From the NCBI GenBank assembly GCA_041665145.1, contig JBAYJK010000001.1, positions 10,779 through 74,778 of the forward strand: a DNA stretch of 64,000 nucleotides, given 5' to 3'. The DNA is from Patescibacteria group bacterium (GTDB taxonomy: Bacteria > Patescibacteriota > Microgenomatia > UBA1406). Shown here one piece after another: positions 18,531-28,464 of this stretch. Each line of letters starts with the position of its first letter. The first letter of the stretch is position 1. Below the pieces are notes generated by a model. It worked only from the letters and a program-made list of their open reading frames with translations. It did no database searches and was not told the DNA's origin. The position numbers and the translations under genes were made by a program.

Positions 18531-19373
18531 ATGAAGCGATTTGTTCACATTCTTTATCACGTGGGGTTGATCTTTAATCAGAAGACTCCCGTACTTCATA
18601 AAGCACACCTGTTTATGGACTATGTGCGCATGGCGGCAAAGAAATTTGTTTTAGTCGATCTACTCAGTTTTAACCCGACTCATGAATACTTTCTCAACTA
18701 TTTTATGCAGTGCTTTAGTTATGCGCAGTTTGTATCTTTATTTGAAGATATTTTTATTCGCGAAGAGTATTTTTTTCAATCTCATAAACCCAATCCATCG
18801 GTCATCGACGGTGGATCGCATATCGGAATGTCAATTCTATACTTCAAATATTTGTATCCGAATGCAGCCATAACAGGGTTTGAACCGGATCCGGATACAT
18901 TTCAATTGCTTAAAAAGAATATTGAGACAAATAAAATTTCTGGAGTTACATTGGTGAATAAGGGTCTCGCCAACACAAGCGGTACGCGAGGATTTTATTA
19001 TGACGACAAACTTCCTGGATCGACGATTATGAGTTTATTGAAAGAGCGCCATTATACGGCACAAAAACAGGTAGGAGTCACCACGCTGTCTTCTTTTATT
19101 TCGCAAGATGTAAGTCTGCTGAAACTGGATATTGAAGGAATGGAGCTGTTGGTGTTGAAGGAACTTGCAGGACATGACAAATTAAAACATATACAGAATA
19201 TGATTATTGAGTATCATCATCATATCCCAAAAACAAAAGATGAAGTGTCGAGAATATTGACCCTTATTGAGAATAACGGCTTTTCATATCAGTTGACAAC
19301 AGCCCTCAAGACTCCCGTTCGCACTGGAATGTATCAGGATATCGGAATTTACGCCTATCGTCGGACTGCATGA
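18531..19373 (+). CDS. FkbM-family methyltransferase
   Basis: IDGGSHIGMSILYF...GFEPDPDTFQLLKKNIE...LKLDIEGMELLVLK. The start was chosen at 18531 (TGTATAAT-N6-ATG). In-frame starts upstream lie at 18516 (ATG) and 18402. Confidence 0.75.
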   Translation: MKRFVHILYHVGLIFNQKTPVLHKAHLFMDYVRMAAKKFVLVDLLSFNPTHEYFLNYFMQCFSYAQFVSLFEDIFIREEYFFQSHKPNPSVIDGGSHIGMSILYFKYLYPNAAITGFEPDPDTFQLLKKNIETNKISGVTLVNKGLANTSGTRGFYYDDKLPGSTIMSLLKERHYTAQKQVGVTTLSSFISQDVSLLKLDIEGMELLVLKELAGHDKLKHIQNMIIEYHHHIPKTKDEVSRILTLIENNGFSYQLTTALKTPVRTGMYQDIGIYAYRRTA

Positions 19374-19391
19374 TTCTGTTAGAATAAATCT

Positions 19392-20633
19392 ATGAAGAAG
19401 TGGCATGAATGGATTCTTTTTTTTATTCTTGCGTTCACGGCATGTGCCGTAACACTTTATAAGTTTAATATTGAACCTCGGGGTTTGGCGGTAGATGAGG
19501 TGGAGTTTGCGAAAGCAGTCGAGTATCTTTCCCGTGTTCCATATCAACCGTTCACGCCGCTTGCAGACGGTCATCCGACGGTTTATTTTTACATATTGCT
19601 CTTGTCGTTCAAGATTTTCGGAATAACAAGCTTTGCCCTCCGGTTACCGAGTGCTCTTTTTGGCATCGGCAGTGTGTTTGTTGCATATTTTATTTTCAGG
19701 AAAACATTCTCGAAATCGTATCTCGTATACATACCGCTTGTTTTTTGGATTACGTTTATCTTTGCGACACTCCGGTGGCGTTTCCTGTTTACCCGTTATT
19801 CCTTTGAAATGCCGTACCTGCTTTTTTTGGAATTGATGGGAATATGGTGTGTGTTAAAGGCGGGCGAATTAAAATTCGCCCCTACAATCTATTTTGTTTT
19901 GATTGGACTATTCTCTGGTCTTGCATATAATTCGTACCAACCGGGAAGAATATTCTTTTTGGTACCGCTCGTGTATCTTTTAATTAACAAAGTTACTTGG
20001 AAAAAGATTGCCTTGTATCTTGGAATCTTTGTTTTGACTATTCTGCCGATGACGGTGTATTTGTTTCAGCATCCGGCAGACGATATCCGGATTGGGCAAC
20101 AGTCGTATCTTATGGATAAGCGGGTGTCTTTAGATAAAAAAGTAACAAATTTTACATCCAATATTGTTTCGACAATTCTAATGTTTTCGGTAAAAGGTGA
20201 CTTGAATGGACGGCATAATTATCCGGGCAAAGCAGCACTTAATCCGATACTTTCAGTTTTGTTTATCGGAGGTCTCATTCTGGCGTTATTGAGAATAAAA
20301 GATAGGAACGTTATGTTGTTTCTTGTATATTTCGTTGTTGCATTAGTACCGACGCTTCTGACAAGTCCCGGGGAAAATCCCCATATGTTACGAACGTATA
20401 CAGTGATTCCGTCAGTAGTGTTTTTCATCGGTCTGTGTATAGATATTGTCATTAGAAGCAAGTTTGCATCCCGGTTCACGTGGTTTGCATTTGTTATTAT
20501 TGTCTGTTGTCTTTTGTCTGCGGTATACGATATTCGTACGTACTTTTACTATGAACCGTCGGTAAATAATCATGCGTTTCCGATGAACGGACCGCTCACG
20601 GGAATCCTGAAAAGTGAGAAAAGCTTGCAGTAG
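19392..20633 (+). CDS. GT-C fold membrane glycosyltransferase (ArnT/PMT-like, GT39/83-type)
   Basis: About 11 TM helices. The N-terminal loop DEVEFAKAV plus RLPSALFGIGSVFVAYFIFRK is typical of ArnT/PMT_2 proteins. Confidence 0.65.
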   Translation: MKKWHEWILFFILAFTACAVTLYKFNIEPRGLAVDEVEFAKAVEYLSRVPYQPFTPLADGHPTVYFYILLLSFKIFGITSFALRLPSALFGIGSVFVAYFIFRKTFSKSYLVYIPLVFWITFIFATLRWRFLFTRYSFEMPYLLFLELMGIWCVLKAGELKFAPTIYFVLIGLFSGLAYNSYQPGRIFFLVPLVYLLINKVTWKKIALYLGIFVLTILPMTVYLFQHPADDIRIGQQSYLMDKRVSLDKKVTNFTSNIVSTILMFSVKGDLNGRHNYPGKAALNPILSVLFIGGLILALLRIKDRNVMLFLVYFVVALVPTLLTSPGENPHMLRTYTVIPSVVFFIGLCIDIVIRSKFASRFTWFAFVIIVCCLLSAVYDIRTYFYYEPSVNNHAFPMNGPLTGILKSEKSLQ

Positions 20634-20649
20634 TGCTATAATACATAAC

Positions 20650-21714
20650 ATGAGTAAACGTAAGATCACGGTTTGTATTCTTTTCGGAGGAAGAAGCGGT
20701 GAGCATGAAGTTTCTCTTTTGTCTGCGCAGTCAATCCATAAAGCACTCGATAAAAACAAATACAATGTCCGATTAGTCGGGATAGACAAAAAAGGTAAGT
20801 GGCTGTTAGGCAAAGCTTCAACCTATCTTCTCAATTCCAAAGACCCGTCCGCAATCAAGTTGAACACCCAAACTCTGGTAAAAACTACACCTGAGGAAGT
20901 ACGGGGTGTAGACGTTTTTTTCCCGATTACTCATGGAACCTATGGAGAAGACGGATGCTTGCAAGGAATGTTGGAGTTGACGAACATCGCGTATGTCGGT
21001 GCGGGAGTTTTAGGTTCTGCGGTTGGAATGGACAAAGACGTTATGAAACGATTATTGCAAGCAGCGAAAATTCCCATTGCTCCGTTTATTGCACTTAAGA
21101 GGCATGAAGCGACAAATGCCGCTCTTGCGGCTGCGGTCAAGAAATTGCATCTGCCTCTGTTTGTAAAACCGGCAAATCTCGGATCGTCTGTCGGTGTGAC
21201 AAAAGCTCACAGTATTGTGGAACTTAAGGAAGCAGTGGATACCGCGTTTCAATATGATACAAAAATTCTTTTGGAACAGGCAGTTGTCGGTCGTGAAGTG
21301 GAATGTTCGGTGCTGGGCAATGATAAGCCAATCGCGTCCGTACCGGGAGAAGTAAAGCCGCAGCACGAATTTTATGACTATGAAGCAAAATACATAGATG
21401 AGCACGGTGCTCTCCTGGAAATTCCGGCCAAACTCGATAAACGAACTACGAAAAAAGTCCAGGATCTTGCAGTGAAAGTATTTCAGGTGCTTGAATGCTC
21501 GGGTATGGCTCGGGTGGATTTCTTTGTGAAAAAAAACGGCAAAGTTCTTGTAAACGAAATAAATACACTGCCCGGTTTTACGAGTATCAGTATGTATCCG
21601 AAATTATGGGGAAAAAGCGGATTGACCTATACCAAGCTTTTGGACAAACTCATTGAGTTTGCTCAGGAGAAAAAAGAACAGAGGGACAAACTGAAGCGGG
21701 ATTATTCCGCATAA
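20650..21714 (+). CDS. ddl: D-alanine--D-alanine ligase
   Basis: ILFGGRSGEHEVSLLSA, GEDGCLQG, FVKPANLGSSVG and NEINTLPGFT. The start is at the ATG 7 nt after TATAAT. Confidence 0.9.
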   Translation: MSKRKITVCILFGGRSGEHEVSLLSAQSIHKALDKNKYNVRLVGIDKKGKWLLGKASTYLLNSKDPSAIKLNTQTLVKTTPEEVRGVDVFFPITHGTYGEDGCLQGMLELTNIAYVGAGVLGSAVGMDKDVMKRLLQAAKIPIAPFIALKRHEATNAALAAAVKKLHLPLFVKPANLGSSVGVTKAHSIVELKEAVDTAFQYDTKILLEQAVVGREVECSVLGNDKPIASVPGEVKPQHEFYDYEAKYIDEHGALLEIPAKLDKRTTKKVQDLAVKVFQVLECSGMARVDFFVKKNGKVLVNEINTLPGFTSISMYPKLWGKSGLTYTKLLDKLIEFAQEKKEQRDKLKRDYSA

Positions 21715-21764
21715 ATCTTCTAATTACTTGCACATAATATGCTGTTACGAGTACGATAGAGAGT

Positions 21765-23132
21765 ATGGATGATACAGAACTTAGCAACAAGCATGACTTA
21801 ACTCTTCCCATAGTGTATGACGATAAACCGTATCGCGTTGGGTTTTTTCGTTATTTAACAGGACAGAATATTAAGGGGATACCTTCACTAATAAAAGCGT
21901 TGACAGACAAAACTAAATTCGCTGTTGCTCACGGAGAACCGTATGTATACATGCAATCCCCAAATTACCCAAGCCAACGGTTTTCCTTATCTCCCGCTGC
22001 TATTTCGAGGGCAAAAGAAATGATTGCCCAGCTTGGGCGAGAACTCACATGTGTAGAAGTTGCTCGATTGTGTGTGGAAGACACATCCAATACTGTACAA
22101 TCACAGTTTTCTCCAGACGCATGTAATGCGGCGAATGTCTCATTTTATGCTTCTGAGCAGTATGACAAACACTACTGGGTTGTGCTTTTTAATAACCCAA
22201 TAATAAATATTGCACTAGGGAAATTCTTTTTCCAGATTCTACCTCAAAATCGAAAACTGCGACTCGGTGAATGGGGAGCCGGGAATACGGGTGAAAAATG
22301 GCAATCACTCCTGCGGCAACTAACTTCGGGGGGCACTGTTACTTTAATGGATTTTAAAGATAGACAAACAAATCCTCCAGGAGTTCCTGAGGGTTGGGGT
22401 GCGGCGAGAGAAAAACAAAATCTGCTTGAGCCTTTACCGAATCTACCGGAAGACAAAAAATTTGATGCTATTGTCTGCAGCTACACATTTGATTCGATTT
22501 GGGCTCCGGGAGACATGCGGTTAGTGTATAAGAAAGGGCAGTGGTACCAAGTGCTCACGCGACTACGTATACCAGACAATCATCCAAGGAAAGAAGAATT
22601 ATTGGCAGCATTGAAAGCAGGGGCTCCGCTTTCAAACCCAACCTCTAAAGATTATGCCTGGATCAACGTGGAAGAACTAATTGTGCCAGTCGACATAAAC
22701 AAGATTCCATACGGATCAATTATTGACAAGCGCGGAAGAGCAGCTGCCGAGCGTATGCATCCTGAAGATGAAGCTGCAGTAAATGTGCCCGGCGGCTTAA
22801 TAGCAAAAGTAGTTGAAGCTTTTGACAAACAATTAACGCGTGACGGAGTATGTGTTATCGGTGACGTAGTGAGTGGAGAGCCGGGGTTTCAATCAAGTGC
22901 AGTTAACGAAACAAACCATGGGGCGTTATACAAAGTTGAAGATTACTATCTCGCTGCCAAGATTCTGAGAGAAGTTTATGCCTTTGATGCATCAGTTAAC
23001 TCTGTACACGAGATGGTAGGAAAGTATGCGGGAGCAACATTGTTTGATAAACCATCAGGAAAAATAGATTCTGACATTTTAACGAGCCAACGATATAAAG
23101 ACCAGTGTTTTCTCATTGTTCGTAGAAAATAG
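21765..23132 (+). CDS. Hypothetical protein, possibly a MidA/DUF185-like SAM-dependent methyltransferase
   Basis: LGEWGAGNTGEKW resembles the E.GaG.G motif I, and FDAIVCSYTFDSIW resembles the aNEffDAlP segment of MidA-type enzymes. The match is weak and by eye. Confidence 0.3.
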   Translation: MDDTELSNKHDLTLPIVYDDKPYRVGFFRYLTGQNIKGIPSLIKALTDKTKFAVAHGEPYVYMQSPNYPSQRFSLSPAAISRAKEMIAQLGRELTCVEVARLCVEDTSNTVQSQFSPDACNAANVSFYASEQYDKHYWVVLFNNPIINIALGKFFFQILPQNRKLRLGEWGAGNTGEKWQSLLRQLTSGGTVTLMDFKDRQTNPPGVPEGWGAAREKQNLLEPLPNLPEDKKFDAIVCSYTFDSIWAPGDMRLVYKKGQWYQVLTRLRIPDNHPRKEELLAALKAGAPLSNPTSKDYAWINVEELIVPVDINKIPYGSIIDKRGRAAAERMHPEDEAAVNVPGGLIAKVVEAFDKQLTRDGVCVIGDVVSGEPGFQSSAVNETNHGALYKVEDYYLAAKILREVYAFDASVNSVHEMVGKYAGATLFDKPSGKIDSDILTSQRYKDQCFLIVRRK

Positions 23133-23136
23133 ATAA

Positions 23137-24087
23137 TCATTCTTCCCGTTCTTCGGGCTGAGGGTAAGGGAGATTAAGTTTTGCATATATTTCTTCTTCT
23201 GTGTTTCCGGCAACTAGTTTTTTGCCTTTATATAAACCATACTCGTTCAATTTAAATCCCATTTTCTGGGCAATTTTACGTACCTTAATATTATGTTCCT
23301 TGCTTCCGGTAAAATATTGTAATGCCGCTCCGAAAGATTCTTCGGGAACAATCCGAAGGTCCATATCGAACCCGTATTTTGTCGCAACAGACGCCTTTGT
23401 TTCTCCGACTCCCCATACGGTTGCTACCATCGGAAGGTGAGTGAAGTAATCCATAACTTTTTTTACATCCGTAACTACGGCCAGAAAATCCACATCTCCG
23501 ATTGTGGTTTTTTTCCGTCTGACCGAACCGGCGACAGTCACTTTATTAACTTCAGGGAATTTCTGTAGTGCATGCAGTACTTCATCCACATGGGGCACGA
23601 TCTCGTTCAGCGGAATCCGTCCTTTGTCTGTTTGAGCAATGCCGAGGGCGGTCGCAATGTTTTGTTCAGATTTTTCGCCAAAGTTTGGCAGTTTTGAAAT
23701 CGTGTGCGCCAAGATTTCCTTTTTCAGATCTTCAATATTTTTTACTCCCAAACTATTATAAAGGGCTTTGATTTTTTTGGGACCGAGACCGGCAATCTTT
23801 CCCAGGTTTTCCAAATCTACCGGAGTGGCCCGTTTTAACTCTTCGTATGATTCGATTTTGCCCGTTTGCATATATTCGACAATTTTGTTGGCAATGTTTA
23901 TGCCGACACCGGGAATTTCTTCCAACCCCTTCAATCCGGATTTTTTATAAATATCACCAACGTCTTCTGCCAATGTCTCAAGAGTTTGGGATACTCGGCG
24001 GAATGCAACGGGTTTAAAGGGGACATCCATCATATCCAGATAATCGGCCATATTGTTGAAAATTAAAGCAAGATCTTGATTCAACAT
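23137..24087 (-). CDS. Family X DNA polymerase (Pol beta-like core, no PHP domain)
   Basis: HhH motifs (IPGVGINIANKI, IAGLGPKKIKAL) and the nucleotidyltransferase motif VAGSVRRKKTTIGDVDFL. Confidence 0.8.
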   Translation of the reverse strand: MLNQDLALIFNNMADYLDMMDVPFKPVAFRRVSQTLETLAEDVGDIYKKSGLKGLEEIPGVGINIANKIVEYMQTGKIESYEELKRATPVDLENLGKIAGLGPKKIKALYNSLGVKNIEDLKKEILAHTISKLPNFGEKSEQNIATALGIAQTDKGRIPLNEIVPHVDEVLHALQKFPEVNKVTVAGSVRRKKTTIGDVDFLAVVTDVKKVMDYFTHLPMVATVWGVGETKASVATKYGFDMDLRIVPEESFGAALQYFTGSKEHNIKVRKIAQKMGFKLNEYGLYKGKKLVAGNTEEEIYAKLNLPYPQPEEREE

Positions 24088-24104
24088 ATCAATATTTTAC
24101 TGTA

Positions 24105-24632
24105 TTAGTGTAAAACACGTGCACCTAACGGTTCAGAAGGCATAAGCCCTTGTTGGATGTGTAAAAGCACTCGCGAAGGACGGATGGGTATGGTACTGAA
24201 AAGATATACGGAGTCTGCGGCTCCCGGAGCTGGTTGGCTAAAGACCAGTATCCCAACGGGGTGTAGGTTGTGTGCTAATTCTGTACAGATACTTTGAAAG
24301 TACGCCTCGTCCGGTAAAAGTCCCGGGATGGAATACCGCAGAAGTTCTCTTGTGAGTACATGAGTGGGAAGCGATGCGGCAAATGCCTGGTTCTTATAGT
24401 AGTGAACTGACTTATTAGTTTTATGTTGTCGTTCTATAAGCAGGGGAATTTGTGATCCTGCATAAAACGCGGCAATAAATGCGACCGGTTCAAACGGTTC
24501 TCCCAGTTAACCTTTCAGAAGCCAGTTGGCATATGTCCTTTCTTTCTTTCCATAAATAATATCCCACGTATATTGATGTGCTAATCGTTGCATTTCTTCA
24601 ACAGGGACAGGTCGCCCGCATCTATCTACCAT
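24105..24632 (-). pseudogene. Disrupted gene of unknown function (41 codons, in-frame TAA, 133 further open codons)
   Basis: I translated the minus strand by hand. The ATG at 24632 is preceded by TATACT-N6. There is a single in-frame TAA at 24507-24509. The frame then stays open with no Met for 133 codons, to the TAA at 24105-24107. Confidence 0.6.
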
Positions 24633-24763
24633 GCCGATAGTATATCACCAATAGGCTGCTCTGACAATGAAAGTAGGGTGGACAAGCTAAAAAATAGTTT
24701 AAACCAAATTGAAAAGTATATTTGGAGATGGTATAACACTTTGAATTATAATAATTCAAATAG

Positions 24764-27730
24764 TTAATTTTCCTTAATGTAGCCTGCCCTAACAACAAAA
24801 CTTTTCAAAGTGTCATTAGCCTCTTTAAAATATTTATTTTTATAAATTTGAAGGTGTTCTGGATTATTTGCGACTTCAGTTTTCCACCATTCAATCTTTT
24901 TTTGTAGGAAGCTGTCTTTAATGTCTATCTTTTTTGATACTTTTACGAGTTCTGTTAATGGTGCATATACCTCTAAATTAGATGAGCTGTTAAAGGCAAA
25001 GCTATTTACAATTTCATCAAAAGACGCATTTTCTTTGTAATAAAGTAGTTCCCAATATAGTTGAAAAGCCCGTGGATGTTTATTCAAATTATTGATAGCT
25101 GCTTTTCTTATCGCGGTTAATAAGTTTATGTCTTTTGAATTTCCTGACCAACTTTGATATAAAACGTAAAAGAAATTTTCTTCATTAACATATATGTCTT
25201 GATTCCCCGAAAAATACCTTGAATCAGCTTCTTCAAAAACGTAACAAATTTCTTTATCAATGCCTCCCAACTTTTTTAAATCTTCATATAATAATGAAAG
25301 TCTAAAATGTGTACCATCTCCACCCCCTATTTCGTTATTGATTAGTGAATTCAAAAATATATATTTTCCTCCCGTCAAAATTTTATCTGATTTTAAAAAC
25401 TTTTTTATTAAATCTAAAGACTTTCTTAAATATTCATCCATTAGTTGCTTCGTTAAATTGCTTTCTTTTATAGCTAAAATGTTGAATAAAAATTCATATA
25501 TGGCAGAATTATACATAGTATCATGGAGACCAAAGATTTGAATAGGAATTGGTTTTGAACCTTTAATTTTTGCAAATCTTTCATATAGCTCTACCGCTGC
25601 TTCAAAATTAGTATAAATAATATTTCCACTTAACACCCTTAGAAATTTTGCATATTCAATTAATTCTTCGTTAGATAATTTTGAAAGATAATCTTCGTTT
25701 AAATGTCGTATGTGTTTTTTATAAATTTCATAATTGATTCTATGTGGCGATTCTGGTTCAGCGGCAATGTAACCTAAATAATCTTGTAAATTGTCTGGGT
25801 CAGACAGAGAATCTAATTTCCAGAGTGGACTTTTATCGTAGCCATGCTGTTCTTTTACAAAACTTAAATAATTATTGGCAATAAAACCTATTAAAGTTAT
25901 TGCTTCTCGCTTTTCTTTTGGTGTTTCAAATTTATGAGAAGTTACTTCTGTTATCCAATCGTGAATTGTTCTTTTATTTTCTTTAAAAGAATCTCTTTCT
26001 AAATATCTACTTACACTATCTTGGTCATCTAATTGAAGGTTAATAACCCTTAATGTTTTAACAAAAAAGTCTATTAAATATGGATATTGAACCCTAACGT
26101 AAGAAGCAATTAAAATATCGGCAAATCTGATATAGTTTTTCACTTTTATTCCATCTTTATTTATGAAACTTAAATAAAAAGAATTTACTTCTTGTATACA
26201 TCTTTGTATAACGCGTGGAGTTTCATAGCTTAATTTCCCGAGTATATAGCCCATCGCATCTTCTTCACGAATATCTCTGTTGTCTGGGTCAAATAATAAA
26301 TTTATTTCATAACTCTCAATTTTATGATTCGTCTTTATTGAATATGACTCCATTATCGGCTTTATTAGGCTAATAACGTTTTTTTTCCTATCTTTGTAAG
26401 AAACAGGAGGGAGATAAAGATTTCTTGTAATATTTTTCGGGTCATCAAATAAGAAATTTTCTATATGTTTTGCTATCTCTTTGTTGTTGTCAGTATGCTT
26501 TTCTAAAATAGTTTCTAAATCTGTTTTTGAAATGCATAACAAAAACACTATCTTTACTGGCAAGCCTGTTCTTCCTTCAGACTTAAAACGCTCAATAGTT
26601 TCAATAAGTTTATATATCTCGTCTAACCTCGCCCTCTCTATTTCATCAACCATAATTAGCCATAATTTCTCCTTAAACTCTGGAACATTACCAAATAGTT
26701 GTGCAATGTTGGAAGTTACGTATTTACTTTTGATATCTATAAATTGATCATTATATTTGCTTTTTGTTTTAGTTAACCCTTTATTCATCTTTGTTAAGAA
26801 TGAAAAAAATTCTGAAAAAACCCCATAACCACTTTCCCTGAGTAGCGAGCTCAAAAAGAAAGATCCATCTATGATGTTTATTTTAGGATACCTTTCTTGC
26901 AGAGATTCAAGCCATCTCTCAGAAAATAATAACGAAAAATCTTTAGCTTCATTCGTTTCAGTCAACGATATATAGGTATACAGCATGTCTTTTCTTTCTA
27001 TGTTCTCAACAACCATTCTTGCAAAGGACGATTTTCCATAACCCATATCACCATACAACGCTGCTACCGTTACAAATTCACTTGTATCTTTAAGATTGTT
27101 TGCGATATTTCTGGCTGGGATATTAAAATTAAAATCATCGTCTTTACTACCTACTGAACCCGCAGCAAATCTAAGCGAAGTAGATAAATCTCTAGTTTTT
27201 AGAGTTAAGAAATACAGCAATCCTAATCCAAGGATAACAATTCTGATAAGTAAACTGTCAGGATTATTATTGAATATCCAATAAACTATTTTTAATAGAT
27301 TATTATTGCCGTTTAGTGGAAATTTTTCTATAAGAGTTATGCCGAGATTACGGTAACAAAATGTATTATATGTCAGACATATAGCAGATAACACGTATTT
27401 ATTAATAATAAACGAGACAAGGGGAGAAGAAATTAAAGCAAAAAAGTAATAGAATATCCAAGAATGCTGGTTGTTTATTTTTTCTTTAGATAGGTTTGCC
27501 TTGAAAGCAAAAACAAAATTTATTACTACACTATATATCAAAGTAACAACAATCAGGAGAGACCAAAAAGCTATCGATCTTACCTTTGTTAAAAACAAAA
27601 TTTGATTTTCCGCAATCAAAAAGCAAAATCCTGCGATAAATATCGTAAGTGTTAACCAGAAGTAGCTAGCCCAATTCAAGCTTATAATTCTTTTTATAAA
27701 TAAGATAACTATTCCCTTCAATTTAGTCAT
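24764..27730 (-). CDS. 988-aa membrane-anchored KAP-like P-loop NTPase
   Basis: About 5 N-terminal TM helices (aa 20-176). Walker A is LYGDMGYGKSSF (nt 27029-27052) and Walker B is LWLIMVDEIERA (about aa 356-367). The C-terminal region is long and helical. The gene is markedly more AT-rich than its flanks (by eye). Confidence 0.7.
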   Translation of the reverse strand: MTKLKGIVILFIKRIISLNWASYFWLTLTIFIAGFCFLIAENQILFLTKVRSIAFWSLLIVVTLIYSVVINFVFAFKANLSKEKINNQHSWIFYYFFALISSPLVSFIINKYVLSAICLTYNTFCYRNLGITLIEKFPLNGNNNLLKIVYWIFNNNPDSLLIRIVILGLGLLYFLTLKTRDLSTSLRFAAGSVGSKDDDFNFNIPARNIANNLKDTSEFVTVAALYGDMGYGKSSFARMVVENIERKDMLYTYISLTETNEAKDFSLLFSERWLESLQERYPKINIIDGSFFLSSLLRESGYGVFSEFFSFLTKMNKGLTKTKSKYNDQFIDIKSKYVTSNIAQLFGNVPEFKEKLWLIMVDEIERARLDEIYKLIETIERFKSEGRTGLPVKIVFLLCISKTDLETILEKHTDNNKEIAKHIENFLFDDPKNITRNLYLPPVSYKDRKKNVISLIKPIMESYSIKTNHKIESYEINLLFDPDNRDIREEDAMGYILGKLSYETPRVIQRCIQEVNSFYLSFINKDGIKVKNYIRFADILIASYVRVQYPYLIDFFVKTLRVINLQLDDQDSVSRYLERDSFKENKRTIHDWITEVTSHKFETPKEKREAITLIGFIANNYLSFVKEQHGYDKSPLWKLDSLSDPDNLQDYLGYIAAEPESPHRINYEIYKKHIRHLNEDYLSKLSNEELIEYAKFLRVLSGNIIYTNFEAAVELYERFAKIKGSKPIPIQIFGLHDTMYNSAIYEFLFNILAIKESNLTKQLMDEYLRKSLDLIKKFLKSDKILTGGKYIFLNSLINNEIGGGDGTHFRLSLLYEDLKKLGGIDKEICYVFEEADSRYFSGNQDIYVNEENFFYVLYQSWSGNSKDINLLTAIRKAAINNLNKHPRAFQLYWELLYYKENASFDEIVNSFAFNSSSNLEVYAPLTELVKVSKKIDIKDSFLQKKIEWWKTEVANNPEHLQIYKNKYFKEANDTLKSFVVRAGYIKEN

Positions 27731-27891
27731 ACAATATAGTAACGCTCAAGTTACTACCATATTATATATCTTTTAGTAGTTATTTTCTATGAGGTAGCTG
27801 GATAGAACGCGTTTATTGATACATTTAGACCATTAGTATTTTTGACTTCCGGTGTGTGTTTCCTCGATTCAGCAATCTATACAGAGCATTA

Positions 27892-28353
27892 TTATTTAAA
27901 TAATCCCCTAAGCCATCCCCAGAACCCTTTACTCGGTACTTTTGTAGGTGTCGCCTGCACACCAAGAACTTTTATTGTCACTTTGGGTTTACGGGTAACT
28001 TTTGGTTTTGGAGTACTAGTGGGAGTAACTGATGGCGTGAGGGTTGGGGTTAACGTAATTGTTGGTTCTGGCGTAGGCGTTTGTGTCGGAACTGGTGTCC
28101 ATGTTGGCAGTGGAACGGGTGTGCTTGTTGGTGGAACATATACTGTTCTCTGTTGCGGAATTTGTTGTATAGCTCCTTCACCACTGCACTCCGGATAATA
28201 TGGTGCGCACGTGGAGGACAACGACGAGCCATCACAACACCCACATCCACACACACCGCCATGATGACTACAGCATCCGGATCGGGCGAAAACCGAACGA
28301 GGAATCGAAACAAGAATGAGTGCGAAAAGTAGTGCTACCAAAAGCTTTTTCAC
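27892..28353 (-). CDS. Secreted protein with a Cys-rich head (GCCSHHGGVCGCGCCDGSSLSSTC...C) and a Pro/Thr-rich linker
   Basis: GTG start. Signal peptide MKKLLVALLFALILVSIPRSVFA. There are 10 Cys in the mature protein (9 of them in its first 27 residues), followed by a PT-rich stretch and the basic tail KGFWGWLRGLFK. Confidence 0.6.
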   Translation of the reverse strand: MKKLLVALLFALILVSIPRSVFARSGCCSHHGGVCGCGCCDGSSLSSTCAPYYPECSGEGAIQQIPQQRTVYVPPTSTPVPLPTWTPVPTQTPTPEPTITLTPTLTPSVTPTSTPKPKVTRKPKVTIKVLGVQATPTKVPSKGFWGWLRGLFK

Positions 28354-28412
28354 AATTAGTGAGGATTATATACCTCATATTTGAACAAAGTATGTGATCA
28401 GGTGTACATGGG

Positions 28413-28454
28413 GAAAATTAGGACAGGTCTCCGGCGTCATGCCGAAGACCTGTC
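28413..28454 (-). terminator. Rho-independent terminator downstream of the 28465-28884 gene
   Basis: gacaggtct (28422-28430) pairs with agacctgtc (28446-28454), with an inner cggc/gccg pairing. On the minus strand this is followed by TAATTTTCCCC. Confidence 0.6.
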
Positions 28455-28464
28455 TGGTCGGTGT

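Noticed and set aside
24741-24759. A perfect 19-bp AT-only palindrome (ttgaattat-a-ataattcaa) just past the KAP gene stop, considered as an island boundary or att site.
   Set aside because: I found no matching copy at the other end of the AT-rich gene. It is most simply a weak terminator or a chance palindrome in AT-rich DNA.
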